Shown: positions 31,162 to 42,702 of the stretch, piece after piece
How positions within the stretch are numbered: the first letter of the stretch is position 1
How the letters are laid out: every line of letters begins with the position of its first letter
Made by a program: the position numbers and the translations under genes
The notes under the pieces: generated by a model
The model's database searches: none
The model's input: the letters and a program-made list of their open reading frames with translations, nothing else
Told to the model about the DNA's origin: nothing
DNA from: Acidobacteriaceae bacterium
GTDB lineage: Bacteria > Acidobacteriota > Terriglobia > Terriglobales > Acidobacteriaceae
Assembly: GCA_049578265.1 (NCBI GenBank)
Contig: JBAULP010000014.1
Coordinates: 6,763-70,762 of the forward strand
Direction: 5' to 3'
Length of the DNA stretch: 64,000 bases

Positions 31162-32586
31162 TCATGACACTGCGCGAACCAAAGGAGTAGCCCTCGGCAA
31201 CTCCACACGTACGCTCAGCCCGTGCGGCACCCTGTTCTCCGCCGCAATCGATCCACCACACCGCGCCGCCACTCGCGCTGAAATCGATAGCCCCAACCCA
31301 CTCCCACTCGGATGCCCCACCGCACTTCCCGGCACGCGATAGAACGGCGCAAACAAACGCGCCAGCGCCTCCTCCGGCACTCCTGGCCCGCTATCCTCCA
31401 CGCGCACCGACACCATCTCCCCTGGCCCCGCCGTCATCGCAATCTCAATCAGCCCGCCCGCAGGACTGTACTCGAGCGCATTCCGCACAATATTCTCCAC
31501 GCAGCTCCGCAGCGCCGAATCCTCTCCCAGCACCATGCAAGGACCCGCCGAGGGCAGGGTCACCAATCGCCCCGGCGCCAACTCCACTACGCGACTCGTC
31601 TGCAGCGTAACCGTCTTCTGCGTCGCGCGACCTTCATAGTTCGCGCTCTCCGTAATCTCTTCCAGAATCTCCCGCAAGTCCACCTCATGTTGTTCTGACA
31701 CCTGCATCGGCTCACTCAACTCCAACCGCGTCAGCTCCAACACCTGCCCAATCATCACGTTCAGCCGGTCGAGATCCGCCTGCATCGGCTCCAGCACATC
31801 CACCTCGCCACGCCGCAGCAACTCCAACGACACGCTGATTCGCGTCAGCGGCGATCGCAACTCATGTGAGATATCCGCCAGCATCTCGCGCTGTGTTCGA
31901 AGCAGCGCCTCAATCCGCTCCGCCATGCTATCGAACGCCGCTGCCATCGCGGCCAGTTCGTCCGTTCGTCCTCGCAACGCTGGCAGCGTCCGCACGCTCA
32001 AATCTCCGGACGCCATGCGCGTAGCCGCACCCTCCAGCATCCGTATCGGCTGCGTAATATGCCGCGCCAGCAGCAGACAAAAGATCGCCACCAGCAGCAC
32101 GCCACCCAACAACCGCGCAGCCATCGGATTAAAAAACGTCCCATCCAGAAACCCTCGCCTAGGATGCGCCTCCATCACGAACACAAAGTGCTCCGGAGAA
32201 TCCGTCACGCTCGCCGCCGTCCAATACCGTCCCAGGTGCGCCGCCGATTGCCCCGTTCGCAGCGCTCGCGCATACACCCCCCGCACATGCTCCGGCACGT
32301 CTCCGCCCAAAACATCCTCACCCTGCGCATTGATCAAATGCCCTTCAATCCCCGATTCCCTCTCAATCGTCTGCAAATACTTTGTCAGCCCGGCACTTCC
32401 CCCGCTGCGATAAAAATCCACCGCAGAGTTCGCGTACAAATCCTGCGTCATCGCCATCCACCGCCGCCCAAACGGCTGTGTGCCCGTCACCGCCGCAACC
32501 ATCAGCACCAAAACCGTCGACGCAACAATCGTCACGCAGAACCAGAGAAAAATCTTCGTATACAGCGAGCGCGGGCGCAGGGTCAT
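31162..32586 (-). CDS. HAMP sensor histidine kinase, CpxA-like
   Basis: Two TM helices, HAMP, ISHELRSPLTR, ENIVRNA, DSGPG, GSGLGL. Confidence 0.93.
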   Translation of the reverse strand: MTLRPRSLYTKIFLWFCVTIVASTVLVLMVAAVTGTQPFGRRWMAMTQDLYANSAVDFYRSGGSAGLTKYLQTIERESGIEGHLINAQGEDVLGGDVPEHVRGVYARALRTGQSAAHLGRYWTAASVTDSPEHFVFVMEAHPRRGFLDGTFFNPMAARLLGGVLLVAIFCLLLARHITQPIRMLEGAATRMASGDLSVRTLPALRGRTDELAAMAAAFDSMAERIEALLRTQREMLADISHELRSPLTRISVSLELLRRGEVDVLEPMQADLDRLNVMIGQVLELTRLELSEPMQVSEQHEVDLREILEEITESANYEGRATQKTVTLQTSRVVELAPGRLVTLPSAGPCMVLGEDSALRSCVENIVRNALEYSPAGGLIEIAMTAGPGEMVSVRVEDSGPGVPEEALARLFAPFYRVPGSAVGHPSGSGLGLSISARVAARCGGSIAAENRVPHGLSVRVELPRATPLVRAVS

Positions 32587-33320
32587 ACTGTCTTCTTCTC
32601 CGCCGGCGCGCCTTCAGCCGTCGTCCGCAACTCGCCCAGGTACGCATACCCCGCGCCGCGCACATTGCGTATCCGCTCCTCGCCAGTAGCCGACACTCCC
32701 AGCTTCCGCCGCAGATTGCTCATGTGGTTATCCACGCTACGATCAAACATCCCCAGCGGCCGCCCCAGCGCCGTCTCCACCAGCGTGTCCCGCGACACCA
32801 CCGTTCCTGCCATCCGCACCAGGCACGCCAGAAGATCGAACTCCGCTCCTGTCAGAACCACCGCCTCGCCACCAACCGCTACCTCACGCGTGCTCGGCCG
32901 CAGCGTCAAATCCCCCGCCTCCAAAATCCCCGCCGGCGCCGCAACCGCGGTCTGCCGCTTCAGCACCGCACGCATCCGCGCAATCAGCTCGCGCGGATTG
33001 AACGGCTTGGGCAGAAAATCATCCGCGCCGCCCTCCAACCCTTGTATCCGATCCGCGTCATCTCCGCGCGCCGTCAGCATGATGATCGGCACATCCGACC
33101 GCGTGCGAATCGTCCGCAGCAGCTTGCGCCCATCCGCGTCCGGCAGCATCACATCCAGGAGCACCAGCGCGTAACGCCCGCTCATCGCCGCACGCATGCC
33201 CGCCGCGCCCTCGTGGACGGCCTCCAGGAGGAAGCCGTCCATCAACAGCAACCGCGTCAGGCTATCAGCCAGCGCCGTATCATCATCAATCAGCAGCACA
33301 GCCGGCAAAGCATTCTGCAT
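32583..33320 (-). CDS. OmpR-family response regulator, CpxR-like
   Basis: LIDDD, LLDVMLP, KPFNPREL, FDRSVDNHMSNLRRKL, VRGAGY. Confidence 0.95.
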   Translation of the reverse strand: MQNALPAVLLIDDDTALADSLTRLLLMDGFLLEAVHEGAAGMRAAMSGRYALVLLDVMLPDADGRKLLRTIRTRSDVPIIMLTARGDDADRIQGLEGGADDFLPKPFNPRELIARMRAVLKRQTAVAAPAGILEAGDLTLRPSTREVAVGGEAVVLTGAEFDLLACLVRMAGTVVSRDTLVETALGRPLGMFDRSVDNHMSNLRRKLGVSATGEERIRNVRGAGYAYLGELRTTAEGAPAEKKTV

Positions 33321-33353
33321 TCGTCTCTCCGCAAGGGTTGCGTTGGCCTAAGC

Positions 33354-33797
33354 CTACAGGTTGTCGCCCAGTGTGAGAAGCCGCGCATCCATGCCGCTTC
33401 CAAGCCGCGCCCGCATCTCTGCCAGCTTCTTCTGCTGCGCCGGCGTAAGAATCGCCGTCAGCTCAATGCGCAGCTTCGCTCGTTCCACCAGCACGTTGTT
33501 ATTGGTCTCCTGATACTTCGTCACGATGGCGCGCGCCTGCTCGTCATCGAACGTCGTCAGCTCCGCCATCTCTGCCTGCTCAGCCTGCAGTTGCGAGTGC
33601 AGCGTCTGCAGCAAAGGCCGCTCCTGTTGCAGGATCGCCTTGGCCTGCACGCGCTGGTCCCACGTAAAGTTCAGTCGCGCTTCGATGCGCCGAATCGCGC
33701 GTGTCCCGTCGGGCGCAGGCGCAGCATCCTGTGCCGAAGCCGTCGCTGTAAGAATTGCCGCAAAGATCAAAGCAAAAGAAAGAAGAATCCGCTTCAT
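33354..33797 (-). CDS. Spy/CpxP family periplasmic chaperone
   Basis: Signal peptide, LNFT.DQ and ILTPAQQ (LTxxQ) motifs; AGGAG RBS; adjacent to the cpxRA-like pair. Confidence 0.85.
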   Translation of the reverse strand: MKRILLSFALIFAAILTATASAQDAAPAPDGTRAIRRIEARLNFTWDQRVQAKAILQQERPLLQTLHSQLQAEQAEMAELTTFDDEQARAIVTKYQETNNNVLVERAKLRIELTAILTPAQQKKLAEMRARLGSGMDARLLTLGDNL

Positions 33798-33967
33798 GTC
33801 GAGCTCCTGTTGGTGCAAGATGTCCAGGCAAATATCGCCTGGCACTATCTGTAACACCGCTTCGAGCCGAGTTCTGTGTGGAAGTGTAAAGCCCAAAACA
33901 AAAGCCCCAGCATTCATCCGCTGAGGCTTTGTTTTTCACTACTGTCTACGCACTACTGTCTGCTTCC

Positions 33968-35806
33968 CTACTCCAGCGTGCTGCCGCCACGGTTGCCCTT
34001 CGGCCGCCGGTTCGCCGGGAGAATCCTCTTCCGCATGCGCAACGACTTCGGAGTGACCTCGACCAGCTCGTCGTCCGCAATAAACTCGATCGACTGCTCC
34101 AGCGTCAGGCTCTTGAACGGCACCAGTCGCACCGCGTCATCGGACCCCGACGCGCGCATGTTGGTCAGCTTCTTCTCGCGCACGCAGTTCACATCCAGGT
34201 CGTTGTCGCGTGAGTGCTCGCCAATAATCATGCCCTCGTACACCTCAACGCCATCACCCAGGAACAGAATGCCGCGGTCCTGAATACCATCCAGCGCGTA
34301 CAACGTCGTCACGCCCTGCCGGTCAGAGATCAACGCACCCGAAGGCCGCTGCGGAATCTCGCCCGTGTACGGAATGTACTCGCCCGCAATCGAGTTCATC
34401 ACAATCGTTCCGCGCGTCTCGGTCAGCATCTCGTTGCGCAGCCCAATCAGCCCGCGCGACGGAACCTTGAACTCCATCCGCACGCGTCCCGAGCCGTGAT
34501 TGGCCATCTTCACCATCTCGCCTTTTCTCGGTCCCAGCTTCTGAATCACCGTGCCCGCAAACTCTTCCGGCACGTCAATGCTCAAAATCTCCGAAGGCTC
34601 CATCAGCGCGCCGTCCAACCGCTTGGTCACAATCGTCGGCCGCGAAACCATCAACTCAAAGCCCTCGCGCCGCATCATCTCGATCAACACTGAAAGCTGC
34701 AGTTCGCCGCGTCCCAGCACCTTGAAGTTGTCCGGCGTACCCGTGTCTTCCACGCGAATGCTAACGTTCGTCAGCAGCTCGCGCTCCAGCCGCTCCTTAA
34801 TGTTGCGCGACGTCACCAGCTTGCCCTCGCGTCCGGCAAACGGTCCGTTGTTCACTGAGAACACAATCGCAATCGTCGGCTCATCGATCTTGATAATCGG
34901 CAGCGGCTTTGGGTCTTCAATCGCGCAGAAGCTCTCGCCGATCGTGATCCCCGGAATACCCGCGACGGCAATAATATCGCCAGTCGTCGTCTCGTCGGTA
35001 TCAATTCTCTTCAGTCCGTCGAACGTGAACAGCTTGGTCACCTTCACCGTCTGCAAGGTTCCATCCAGCCGCGAAAGATTTACCTCCTGCCCGCTCTTCA
35101 GCGTTCCGTTGAACACGCGTCCGATCGCCAGCCGGCCTAGATAATCTGAATAATCCAGGTTCGTCACCAAAATCTGCAGCGGCCCATCCACCGTCCCCGG
35201 AGCCGCAGGAATCGTATTGAAAATCAGCTCAAACAGCGGCTGCAGATCGGTCCCCGGCGTCTTCAAGTCCATCGTCGCCGTGCCTGCCTTGCCGTTTGTA
35301 TAGATCACCGGAAAATCCAGCACGCTCTCATCCGCATCCAGGTCGATGAACAGGTCATACACCTCGTTCAGCACCTCCTGCGGACGCGCATCCGGGCGAT
35401 CAATCTTGTTCACCACCACGATCGGCGTCAGCTTCGCCTCCAGCGCCTTCGACAGCACATAGCGCGTCTGCGGCAGCGGGCCTTCGCTGGCATCCACCAG
35501 CAGCACCACACCGTCCACCATCTTCAGCGCGCGCTCCACCTCGCCGCCAAAGTCCGCGTGGCCCGGCGTGTCCACGATGTTGATCTTCGAATCCTTGTAG
35601 TGGATCGCCGTATTCTTCGCGAGAATCGTGATGCCGCGCTCTTTTTCAAGGTCGTTCGAGTCCATCACCCTCTCCGCCACCACCTCATTGCTGCGGAAGG
35701 TGCCGGACTGGCGAAGCATGGCGTCCACCAGCGTGGTCTTGCCGTGGTCAACGTGCGCGATGATGGCGATATTACGGATAGCTTGGGCGGTCGTAGGGGT
35801 ACTCAC
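33968..35806 (-). CDS. typA: Translational GTPase TypA/BipA
   Basis: [45 protein letters not shown]. Confidence 0.98.
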   Translation of the reverse strand: MSTPTTAQAIRNIAIIAHVDHGKTTLVDAMLRQSGTFRSNEVVAERVMDSNDLEKERGITILAKNTAIHYKDSKINIVDTPGHADFGGEVERALKMVDGVVLLVDASEGPLPQTRYVLSKALEAKLTPIVVVNKIDRPDARPQEVLNEVYDLFIDLDADESVLDFPVIYTNGKAGTATMDLKTPGTDLQPLFELIFNTIPAAPGTVDGPLQILVTNLDYSDYLGRLAIGRVFNGTLKSGQEVNLSRLDGTLQTVKVTKLFTFDGLKRIDTDETTTGDIIAVAGIPGITIGESFCAIEDPKPLPIIKIDEPTIAIVFSVNNGPFAGREGKLVTSRNIKERLERELLTNVSIRVEDTGTPDNFKVLGRGELQLSVLIEMMRREGFELMVSRPTIVTKRLDGALMEPSEILSIDVPEEFAGTVIQKLGPRKGEMVKMANHGSGRVRMEFKVPSRGLIGLRNEMLTETRGTIVMNSIAGEYIPYTGEIPQRPSGALISDRQGVTTLYALDGIQDRGILFLGDGVEVYEGMIIGEHSRDNDLDVNCVREKKLTNMRASGSDDAVRLVPFKSLTLEQSIEFIADDELVEVTPKSLRMRKRILPANRRPKGNRGGSTLE

Positions 35807-36058
35807 AGCGTAAGGGCTTCCTGTTCTGTAACTGAATAGTTCGAAATTTCACCGTTCCACAAGTCTGAGGCAGCGCGGCAGACGCGCGCGCCAAAAAACT
35901 CTCGTGTGGGTTGCGCTTAACGCCGAATCCCTCAGCGAAAAACGCGCTACCCCTAGTCTACCAGTTAAGCCCCATCCGCCACCGCAAATCGGCCGCCAAC
36001 ACCTCCGCCCACCCCCCCACACCCGCCAATCCAAGTCATCCCCTATACTGAAATCTCA

Positions 36059-37531
36059 ATGGCCAACCCCTCGCCCGCAGCCAGTCGTCTTCCCACGGCG
36101 GCGACGCCCTGGAACTATAAGCTGGACCACGCCTTCGACGAGATGTTCGCTGGCGAAAACCAGTTGCGCGAGCACTACGCCCCGCTCCTCGAGCACTTCA
36201 CCGCCCTCCCCCAGGACGAAGTCCAGCGCCGCAAACAGGCCGCCGACCTCAGCTTCCTCAACCAGGGCATCACCTTCACCGTCTACGGCCGCGAAGAAGG
36301 CACCGAAAAAATCTTCCCCTACGACCTCCTCCCTCGCATCATCACCTCCGCCGAGTGGGCCAAGGTCGAGCGCGGCCTCACCCAGCGCATCACCGCCCTC
36401 AACCTCTTCCTCCGCGACATCTACAACGAAGGCCGCATCCTCAAGGACGGCATCGTTCCCCGCGAAATCGTCTACTCCTGCCAGCACTTCCGTCGCCAGA
36501 TGTCCGGCCTCCAGGTCCCTCGCAACGTCTACATTGCCGTCTGCGGCACCGACCTCATCCGCCTCGAAAACGGCGACTTCGTCGTCCTCGAAGACAATCT
36601 CCGCGTCCCCTCCGGCGTCAGCTACATGCTCACCAACCGCCGCGTGATGAAACGCATCTTCCCCCAGCTCTTTCGCAACTACAACGTCAAGCCCATCGAG
36701 CAGTACACCCAGCTCCTCCTCGGCACGCTGCGCTCGCTCGCCCCCGAAGGCCGCCCCGAACCCAACATCGTTCTGCTCTCCCCCGGCGTCTTCAACTCCG
36801 CCTACTTCGAGCACGCCTACCTCGCCCGCCAGATGGGCATCGAGCTAGTCGAAGGCCGCGACCTCGTCGTCCACGACAACGTCTGCTACATGCGCACGAC
36901 CTCCGGCTTACGAAGAGTCGACGTCATCTACCGCCGCGTAGACGACGACTTCATCGACCCCCTCAGCTTCCGTTCCGACTCCATCCTCGGCGCCGCCGGC
37001 CTCTTCAACGCCTATCGCGCCGGCAACGTAACTCTCGCCAACGCCTTCGGCACCGGCGTAGCCGACGACAAGGCCCTCTACGCCTACGTCCCCGACATCA
37101 TCCGCTACTACCTCAGCGAAGAGCCCGTCCTCAACAACGTAGAAACCTACCTCTGCACCCGCGAGAAAGAGCGCAAACACGTCCTCGCCAACCTCGACAA
37201 GCTAGTCGTAAAAGCCGTAGGCGAATCCGGCGGCTACGGCATGCTTATCGGCACGCAGTCCACCGCCAAGGAGCGCGAAGTCTTCGCCGAGAAGATCCGT
37301 GCCAACCCCCGCAACTACATCGCGCAACCCACCATCAGCTTCTCCCGCGCCCCCTGCCTCATCGGCGACGAACTAGAGCCCCGCCACGTAGACCTCCGCC
37401 CCTACGTCCTCTACGGCGACAAAGTAACCATCGTCCCCGGCGGCCTGACCCGCGTAGCCCTCAAGCGCGGCTCGCTGGTAGTCAACAGCTCGCAAGGCGG
37501 CGGCAGCAAAGACACCTGGGTCCTCAGCTAG
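36059..37531 (+). CDS. Circularly permuted ATP-grasp type 2 protein (DUF404/DUF407)
   Basis: [50 protein letters not shown]. Confidence 0.95.
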   Translation: MANPSPAASRLPTAATPWNYKLDHAFDEMFAGENQLREHYAPLLEHFTALPQDEVQRRKQAADLSFLNQGITFTVYGREEGTEKIFPYDLLPRIITSAEWAKVERGLTQRITALNLFLRDIYNEGRILKDGIVPREIVYSCQHFRRQMSGLQVPRNVYIAVCGTDLIRLENGDFVVLEDNLRVPSGVSYMLTNRRVMKRIFPQLFRNYNVKPIEQYTQLLLGTLRSLAPEGRPEPNIVLLSPGVFNSAYFEHAYLARQMGIELVEGRDLVVHDNVCYMRTTSGLRRVDVIYRRVDDDFIDPLSFRSDSILGAAGLFNAYRAGNVTLANAFGTGVADDKALYAYVPDIIRYYLSEEPVLNNVETYLCTREKERKHVLANLDKLVVKAVGESGGYGMLIGTQSTAKEREVFAEKIRANPRNYIAQPTISFSRAPCLIGDELEPRHVDLRPYVLYGDKVTIVPGGLTRVALKRGSLVVNSSQGGGSKDTWVLS

Positions 37532-37549
37532 ACATCCTCATCGTCCGAG

Positions 37550-38137
37550 CTATTGATTTGGCAACGGATGAAATCCCGTCTCGTCTGAAATCGCCAGTTC
37601 TACCGGCCGCGGCGGACCCTGCTCCGGGACCGTCACGAGAACCCAAAGCGTAGCACCCGGTTTAACCGTGTACGGTATCGGAACCCCCTTGGGCAGATAC
37701 ACATTTGCTATATCCACCAGCCGAGCCTCTGCGCACGGTCGCCGCATGTCCCACGAAACCTGCTGTACGTCGGCCGAACGCAATTCACCCGCATCCACAG
37801 CAGTAAGAACTCCGTTTCGAACCATCAGCCGCACATTGAGGTTCAGCGCCTTGTGCGACGTGTAGTTTGGCTTTCCAAAATCGGAACCATATATGTAGTC
37901 CCTCACATTCTCCGCTTTCCCAGTCGGCAACCCGCAGGCAGTTACGTCGAACTGCACCTGCCCATATCGTCCTTCTCCGTTGAGCGTCCTCGCCTTGTCT
38001 GCGCTCACCGCAAATGGCTCTGCACGCACCCACACCATCGGTCGAGTGTGCCGTTCCCATTCATACTTCCCCGCCGTCGTCAGCACCAGTGCGACCTGAA
38101 TCATCAACAACGCAATACCGCGCATCTGGATCGTCAT
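37550..38137 (-). CDS. Hypothetical membrane-anchored protein (partner of DUF2157, GDYXXLXY-like position)
   Basis: N-terminal TM; ATGA-coupled to the DUF2157 gene. Confidence 0.6.
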   Translation of the reverse strand: MTIQMRGIALLMIQVALVLTTAGKYEWERHTRPMVWVRAEPFAVSADKARTLNGEGRYGQVQFDVTACGLPTGKAENVRDYIYGSDFGKPNYTSHKALNLNVRLMVRNGVLTAVDAGELRSADVQQVSWDMRRPCAEARLVDIANVYLPKGVPIPYTVKPGATLWVLVTVPEQGPPRPVELAISDETGFHPLPNQ

Positions 38138-39294
38138 GCTGTATCCTCTCGTAGCTCAGCTACCAAATGGCGGCGCAACCGCTCCAGCGCCCAGCCGCCC
38201 GCCAGAAAAAGCATGCCAAGTCCGATCAGCCCCATCGCGCGTCCCAGCTTGTCCAGCAGGCTCGACACATAAAACCAGAGCACCGTGGCCGCGAATCCGC
38301 CGATGCCAAAGTTCACCACCGCTCGCGAACGCATCCGCAGTCCCCACCACACCAGCACTGCACAACCGATAGCGACCACACCGTAGGTCAGCAGCCCGGG
38401 CCCCACATGTGCCCACGCCTGCAATCCATATTCAGACTTGTAGACGACATCCTTCGGCAACCACGGCAACACATACACCACGGCCGCCACCAACGCCACC
38501 GGAACAGTGCCACTTCGGCTCTGCCACCAGACCGCGGCAAGGGTCGCAGCAACCACCACCGCGCAAAGTACGCGTAAGCCGACCGGCACCATCACTGTCG
38601 AAGGACCGAACGAGCTCCACCCATCCGACAGCACCACGATGGGACTCATCACCCCGATCACTCCCACCACGTAAAGCGTCCAGAACACTCCCTGCTTTCT
38701 TGATCGCAGGAAGCACGTCAGCATCACCGCCGCAAACACCGCACACATCCGGGCTACATACACTCCGCCGTGCGCATATCCCTCCGCACGATAGCTCCAC
38801 TCGCAAATCACCCAGGCAGGCACCAGCAGTAGCGTCATGGCCTCCTGCACCTGGTCGCGCAAGAGCCACCAGCCCGCGCCTGCGCACGCGGCCCAAACCA
38901 GTACCGCCGTAGGCCAGTGTTCCTGCATATTGAAGATCGTGCCCACCGTCAGAATCGCCGCGCCTGCTCCAGCCGTTCCCACTCCGTGCAGCGTTGACCC
39001 CATCCCCGGAAACTTCTTGGCAGACGCTGCTCCGAACGCGTGAAAAGACGCTAAAAAGCCAAGCACCAATGCCAGCCGCTGCCAGGGACTCACATCATCC
39101 CAATGCGAGGCGACAAACAGCATCATGCCACCCACCAGCAAAATAATCCCGAACGACAGCAGAATGCCTATCTGCCAGTTATGCTTGGCTGGCGCCTCCG
39201 CTTGCCGCTCAAAAGCGCGAACGCGATCGGCAGCACTGGCATCCATCACCCCGGCACGCGTCCATCGGTCCAGATACTCTTCCCAGGCTGCCAT
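38134..39294 (-). CDS. DUF2157 membrane protein
   Basis: LDRW...G, G..L...G..LFVASHW, GAAI...G.IFN..HW; ~11 TM helices. Confidence 0.82.
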   Translation of the reverse strand: MAAWEEYLDRWTRAGVMDASAADRVRAFERQAEAPAKHNWQIGILLSFGIILLVGGMMLFVASHWDDVSPWQRLALVLGFLASFHAFGAASAKKFPGMGSTLHGVGTAGAGAAILTVGTIFNMQEHWPTAVLVWAACAGAGWWLLRDQVQEAMTLLLVPAWVICEWSYRAEGYAHGGVYVARMCAVFAAVMLTCFLRSRKQGVFWTLYVVGVIGVMSPIVVLSDGWSSFGPSTVMVPVGLRVLCAVVVAATLAAVWWQSRSGTVPVALVAAVVYVLPWLPKDVVYKSEYGLQAWAHVGPGLLTYGVVAIGCAVLVWWGLRMRSRAVVNFGIGGFAATVLWFYVSSLLDKLGRAMGLIGLGMLFLAGGWALERLRRHLVAELREDTA

Positions 39295-39343
39295 ATTGGT
39301 ACCCGGAGTACACCACAGACTCCTCACAACTACAATCGAAGAA

Positions 39344-40468
39344 ATGCACCTCGCGACGATCACCCTAGAGCGGCTCTATAAAGGCTTACTTGCGCTCCTT
39401 CTGATATCCGCCGTCTCCATCGCCCACGCCCAGCAGCGTCTGGTCCTCATCGACCAGGACGGCTCCGGCCCCGGCGGCTCCAACCAGATGGCCATGATGG
39501 TCCTGCTCCAATCTCCGCAGGTCCACGTCCTCGGCATCACCATGGTCAGCGGCAACGCGTGGGAGCCCGAAGAGGTCGCCCACACCCTCCGCATGCTCGA
39601 GCTCATCCACCGCACCGACGTCCCCGTAGTCCCCGGCGCCATCTTCCCGCTCCTCCGCACCCAGGCCGCCTCCATGCACGAAGCCGCCTCCATCGGCAGC
39701 TTCCCCTGGTACGGCGCCTGGGGCGATCTCGCCAAAAAAACCAGCGCCCAACCCTACCACGGCCCTTTCGTCGTCCCCACACTCGCCGAAGGCGCGCCCA
39801 CCACCAAGCCCCTGGACGAAGACGCCGCCCACTTCCTCATCCGCGAAGTCCACGCGCATCCGCACGCCGTTACCCTCTACGCCGCCGGCCCCCTCACCAA
39901 CATCGCTCTCGCCCTCGCCATCGACCCGCACTTCGCCGAGCTCACGCAAGGCATCGTCATCATGGGTGGCAGCCTCAACCCGCAAACCTCCGATCCCGAG
40001 TTCGCCACGCACCCCCGCCACGAGTTCAACTTCTGGTTCGACCCCGAAGCCGCGCACATCACCCTCTGCGCCAACTGGCCGCGCATCGACCTCACCGACG
40101 TCGACATCTCCATCAAGACCATGTTCACCCCCGCCATGCAGCACGAGATCGCGCAATCCAACTCCCCCGCCGCGCAGTACATCGCCCACTACACGCACGA
40201 GTTCTACTACCTCTGGGACGAGCTAGCCGCCGCCGCCTGGCTCAACCCCGCCATCATCACTAAAGAGCAGCTCCTCTACGTCGACGTCGACACCACCCCC
40301 GGCCCCGACTACGGCGACACCCTCACCTGGACCGCCGCCAACAAGCCCACCCTCCCCGGCTCCCTCGGCCCCATGCAGCCCGTCCACGTCCAGCAGAATC
40401 TCGACACCGCACGCTTCGACCGCATGTTCGTAGCCTTAATGAAGGCCGGCCCTTCAGCCCCCAGATGA
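39344..40468 (+). CDS. Secreted nucleoside hydrolase (IUNH family)
   Basis: VLIDQDGSGP, GITMVSGN, AGPLTNIA, MGG, EFNFWFDPEAA, WDE. Confidence 0.9.
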   Translation: MHLATITLERLYKGLLALLLISAVSIAHAQQRLVLIDQDGSGPGGSNQMAMMVLLQSPQVHVLGITMVSGNAWEPEEVAHTLRMLELIHRTDVPVVPGAIFPLLRTQAASMHEAASIGSFPWYGAWGDLAKKTSAQPYHGPFVVPTLAEGAPTTKPLDEDAAHFLIREVHAHPHAVTLYAAGPLTNIALALAIDPHFAELTQGIVIMGGSLNPQTSDPEFATHPRHEFNFWFDPEAAHITLCANWPRIDLTDVDISIKTMFTPAMQHEIAQSNSPAAQYIAHYTHEFYYLWDELAAAAWLNPAIITKEQLLYVDVDTTPGPDYGDTLTWTAANKPTLPGSLGPMQPVHVQQNLDTARFDRMFVALMKAGPSAPR

Positions 40469-40498
40469 TGACAAGATGACGACCTGATCACGAATCGC

Positions 40499-42520
40499 CT
40501 ACTGCTGCAACAGGATCGAGACTGTCCCCGTTCCGTCCAAGCCGTTAGCAACGGCAAGATCGAGCTTTCCATCGCCATTGAAATCCGCGGCGGCAAGTGC
40601 GGACGGCCCTTTGCCCACGATGTAGGGCGATCCGGACGATCCTGTGAACGTCCCGTCACCCTTCCCCAGCAAAAGCGTCACTGTCCCATCGCCATTGTTC
40701 GCGACTGCGAGATCCAGCTTCCCATCGTCATTAAAGTCGCCCACAACCAATGCCGCTGGCTCATCTCCAACGGCGATGCTGATCGGTGGCTGGAAAGTTC
40801 CGTCACCGTTCCCCAGCAGGACGAATACAGCGTTTCCAGACTCGTCCGTAACAGCGAGATCCAACTTTCCGTCGCCATTGAAATCGCCCGCAACGATCGC
40901 GGACAGGTCGTGCCCGGAAAACTGCGGACCGCTTGCTGGGTTGAATGTCCCGTCTCCATTCCCGAGCAGGATGGCCACTGCTCCACCTTCAGAAACAGCG
41001 AGGTCCAGCTTTCCATCTCCATTGAGATCGCCCACTGCCACGCCAGAACCTGGGGCGTACAGGTCTGAGGCCACATTGAACGCTCCCTTTCCATAACCTA
41101 AGTCGACGGTCGAGACACCTGAGAGCTCATTGATCAGCACCAGGTCAAGGTTCCCGTCTGCATTGAAGTCTGCTGTCCCGACTGCGGTTGTCGGCGAGCC
41201 TCCAGTCTCTGCGAAGGCCGCCGAGGACGGCGAAAGGGTCCCATCCCCATTACCCAGCAGGATCACCGCCGACTCGTTTTGAAACTCCGCGACCGCTAAC
41301 CCTTGATGACCGCTGTGATTGAAATCGCCTGCCGTCAACGACCCCGCATAGGGTGACGCAAAGTCGTCGTAAGGAGGGCTCGGGATCAGCGCCGGAGAAC
41401 CCGATGCACTCTTAAATGTCCCGTCTCCATTGCTGAGCATCACATACATCTCTACATTTGCTGCGACGGCAAGGTCCGGCTTTCCGTCTTCATTGAAGTC
41501 CGCTACAGCCAGTCCCGCGGGCTCGGGGATTTGCAGCGGAGTGTTTGCAGCATTCGCAAACGTGACCGCCGTCTCCGGGGCTCCCACCTGGAAATAAACG
41601 ACGTTGGATGAGCCGCCGTCGGGGACCGGGTTCACGACCGTCACCGAGACTGTCTTCGCTATCGCAACGTCCGTCGCCGGGATCAGCGCACTCAAATGTT
41701 CACCGTCCACAAACGTGGTCGCGAGCTTTGTGCCATTGAAGTTCACCGTCGCACCGGAAACGAATCCCGCTCCACTCACGCGCAGCGTAAGCCCGGCCCC
41801 GCCGGGTGAAACGGAGGCGGGCACCAGAGGCTGGTTTAGGTAGGGCACTGCATTGGCCGGGACTGCGGGGGCCGGATTTATCTGGAGGCTCAGCGGGATG
41901 GACGCGAAGGCACTGTCCGCGTCCGTTGCGGCGCCTTCAAAGTACCAGGTTCCGGCAGCGGTGGGGGTTCCGCTAAGCGTCCCCGTCGTGGCGTTCAGCG
42001 TCAGTCCATCCGGCAGCGATCCGCCCACTTCGGAACCGGCGAAAACAGACCCGTTATAGACACTCCATTGAAATGGAGCCGTTCCGCCGGTGAGCATGAT
42101 CGGTTGGCTATACGCCATGCCTGCCGTTCTGTTGGCGAGCGTCTGAAAAGGCATGATGGGGTAAGGGTTCACCGTGATCTGCACCGCAGCGCTCTTTGTT
42201 GGGTCCGCTACGGACGTAGCGGTCACCGTTACGTGCTGCGCGCTGGTAATAGTGGCAGTCGGTGGAATGTAACTGATCGACAAGCCAGTAGTGTTACTGA
42301 GCGACCCCACGCCGCTCAGGCCCCACGTGACCCCTTTGGACGAAGTGCCATTCGTGATGGTCGCCGTGATCCCAATCGAAAGGCCCGGCACCCCCTGGTC
42401 GAGCGCTTGCGGAGCGGAAGGAGTCACGCTCACAGAAATCGGCAGCGAAGAACCCGAACACCCGCCCAGGAGCAGCGCTGAAGCAAAACCTGCTAACACC
42501 CAACAGCCAGCTTTGAACAT
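40499..42520 (-). CDS. Lipoprotein with Ig-like domains and FG-GAP/VCBS repeats
   Basis: Lipobox LLGGC, putative Ig (LPDGLTL..TG.LSGTP), repeated GDFNGDGKLDLAV / LLGNGDGTF. Confidence 0.9.
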   Translation of the reverse strand: MFKAGCWVLAGFASALLLGGCSGSSLPISVSVTPSAPQALDQGVPGLSIGITATITNGTSSKGVTWGLSGVGSLSNTTGLSISYIPPTATITSAQHVTVTATSVADPTKSAAVQITVNPYPIMPFQTLANRTAGMAYSQPIMLTGGTAPFQWSVYNGSVFAGSEVGGSLPDGLTLNATTGTLSGTPTAAGTWYFEGAATDADSAFASIPLSLQINPAPAVPANAVPYLNQPLVPASVSPGGAGLTLRVSGAGFVSGATVNFNGTKLATTFVDGEHLSALIPATDVAIAKTVSVTVVNPVPDGGSSNVVYFQVGAPETAVTFANAANTPLQIPEPAGLAVADFNEDGKPDLAVAANVEMYVMLSNGDGTFKSASGSPALIPSPPYDDFASPYAGSLTAGDFNHSGHQGLAVAEFQNESAVILLGNGDGTLSPSSAAFAETGGSPTTAVGTADFNADGNLDLVLINELSGVSTVDLGYGKGAFNVASDLYAPGSGVAVGDLNGDGKLDLAVSEGGAVAILLGNGDGTFNPASGPQFSGHDLSAIVAGDFNGDGKLDLAVTDESGNAVFVLLGNGDGTFQPPISIAVGDEPAALVVGDFNDDGKLDLAVANNGDGTVTLLLGKGDGTFTGSSGSPYIVGKGPSALAAADFNGDGKLDLAVANGLDGTGTVSILLQQ

Positions 42521-42702
42521 AACTTCTCCCAAATTGTTAAGTGCTGCAGAACCATATCATTTGCCGGACAGTGGGTTTTAGCCCCTGCGAGTTTTCTTCG
42601 TCCTTGCCATACACTTAATCAGACCCGCATTAAGTAAAATCCGAAAGTCAGTGTAAAGTGAACATCAACCAGCACGTCATCTTCAGCAAAGGAACCGACC
42701 GC

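Noticed and set aside
33840..33905. CpxR box upstream of the Spy/CpxP gene
   Set aside because: Only one GTAAA half-site is evident; the GTAAA-N5-GTAAA repeat is absent
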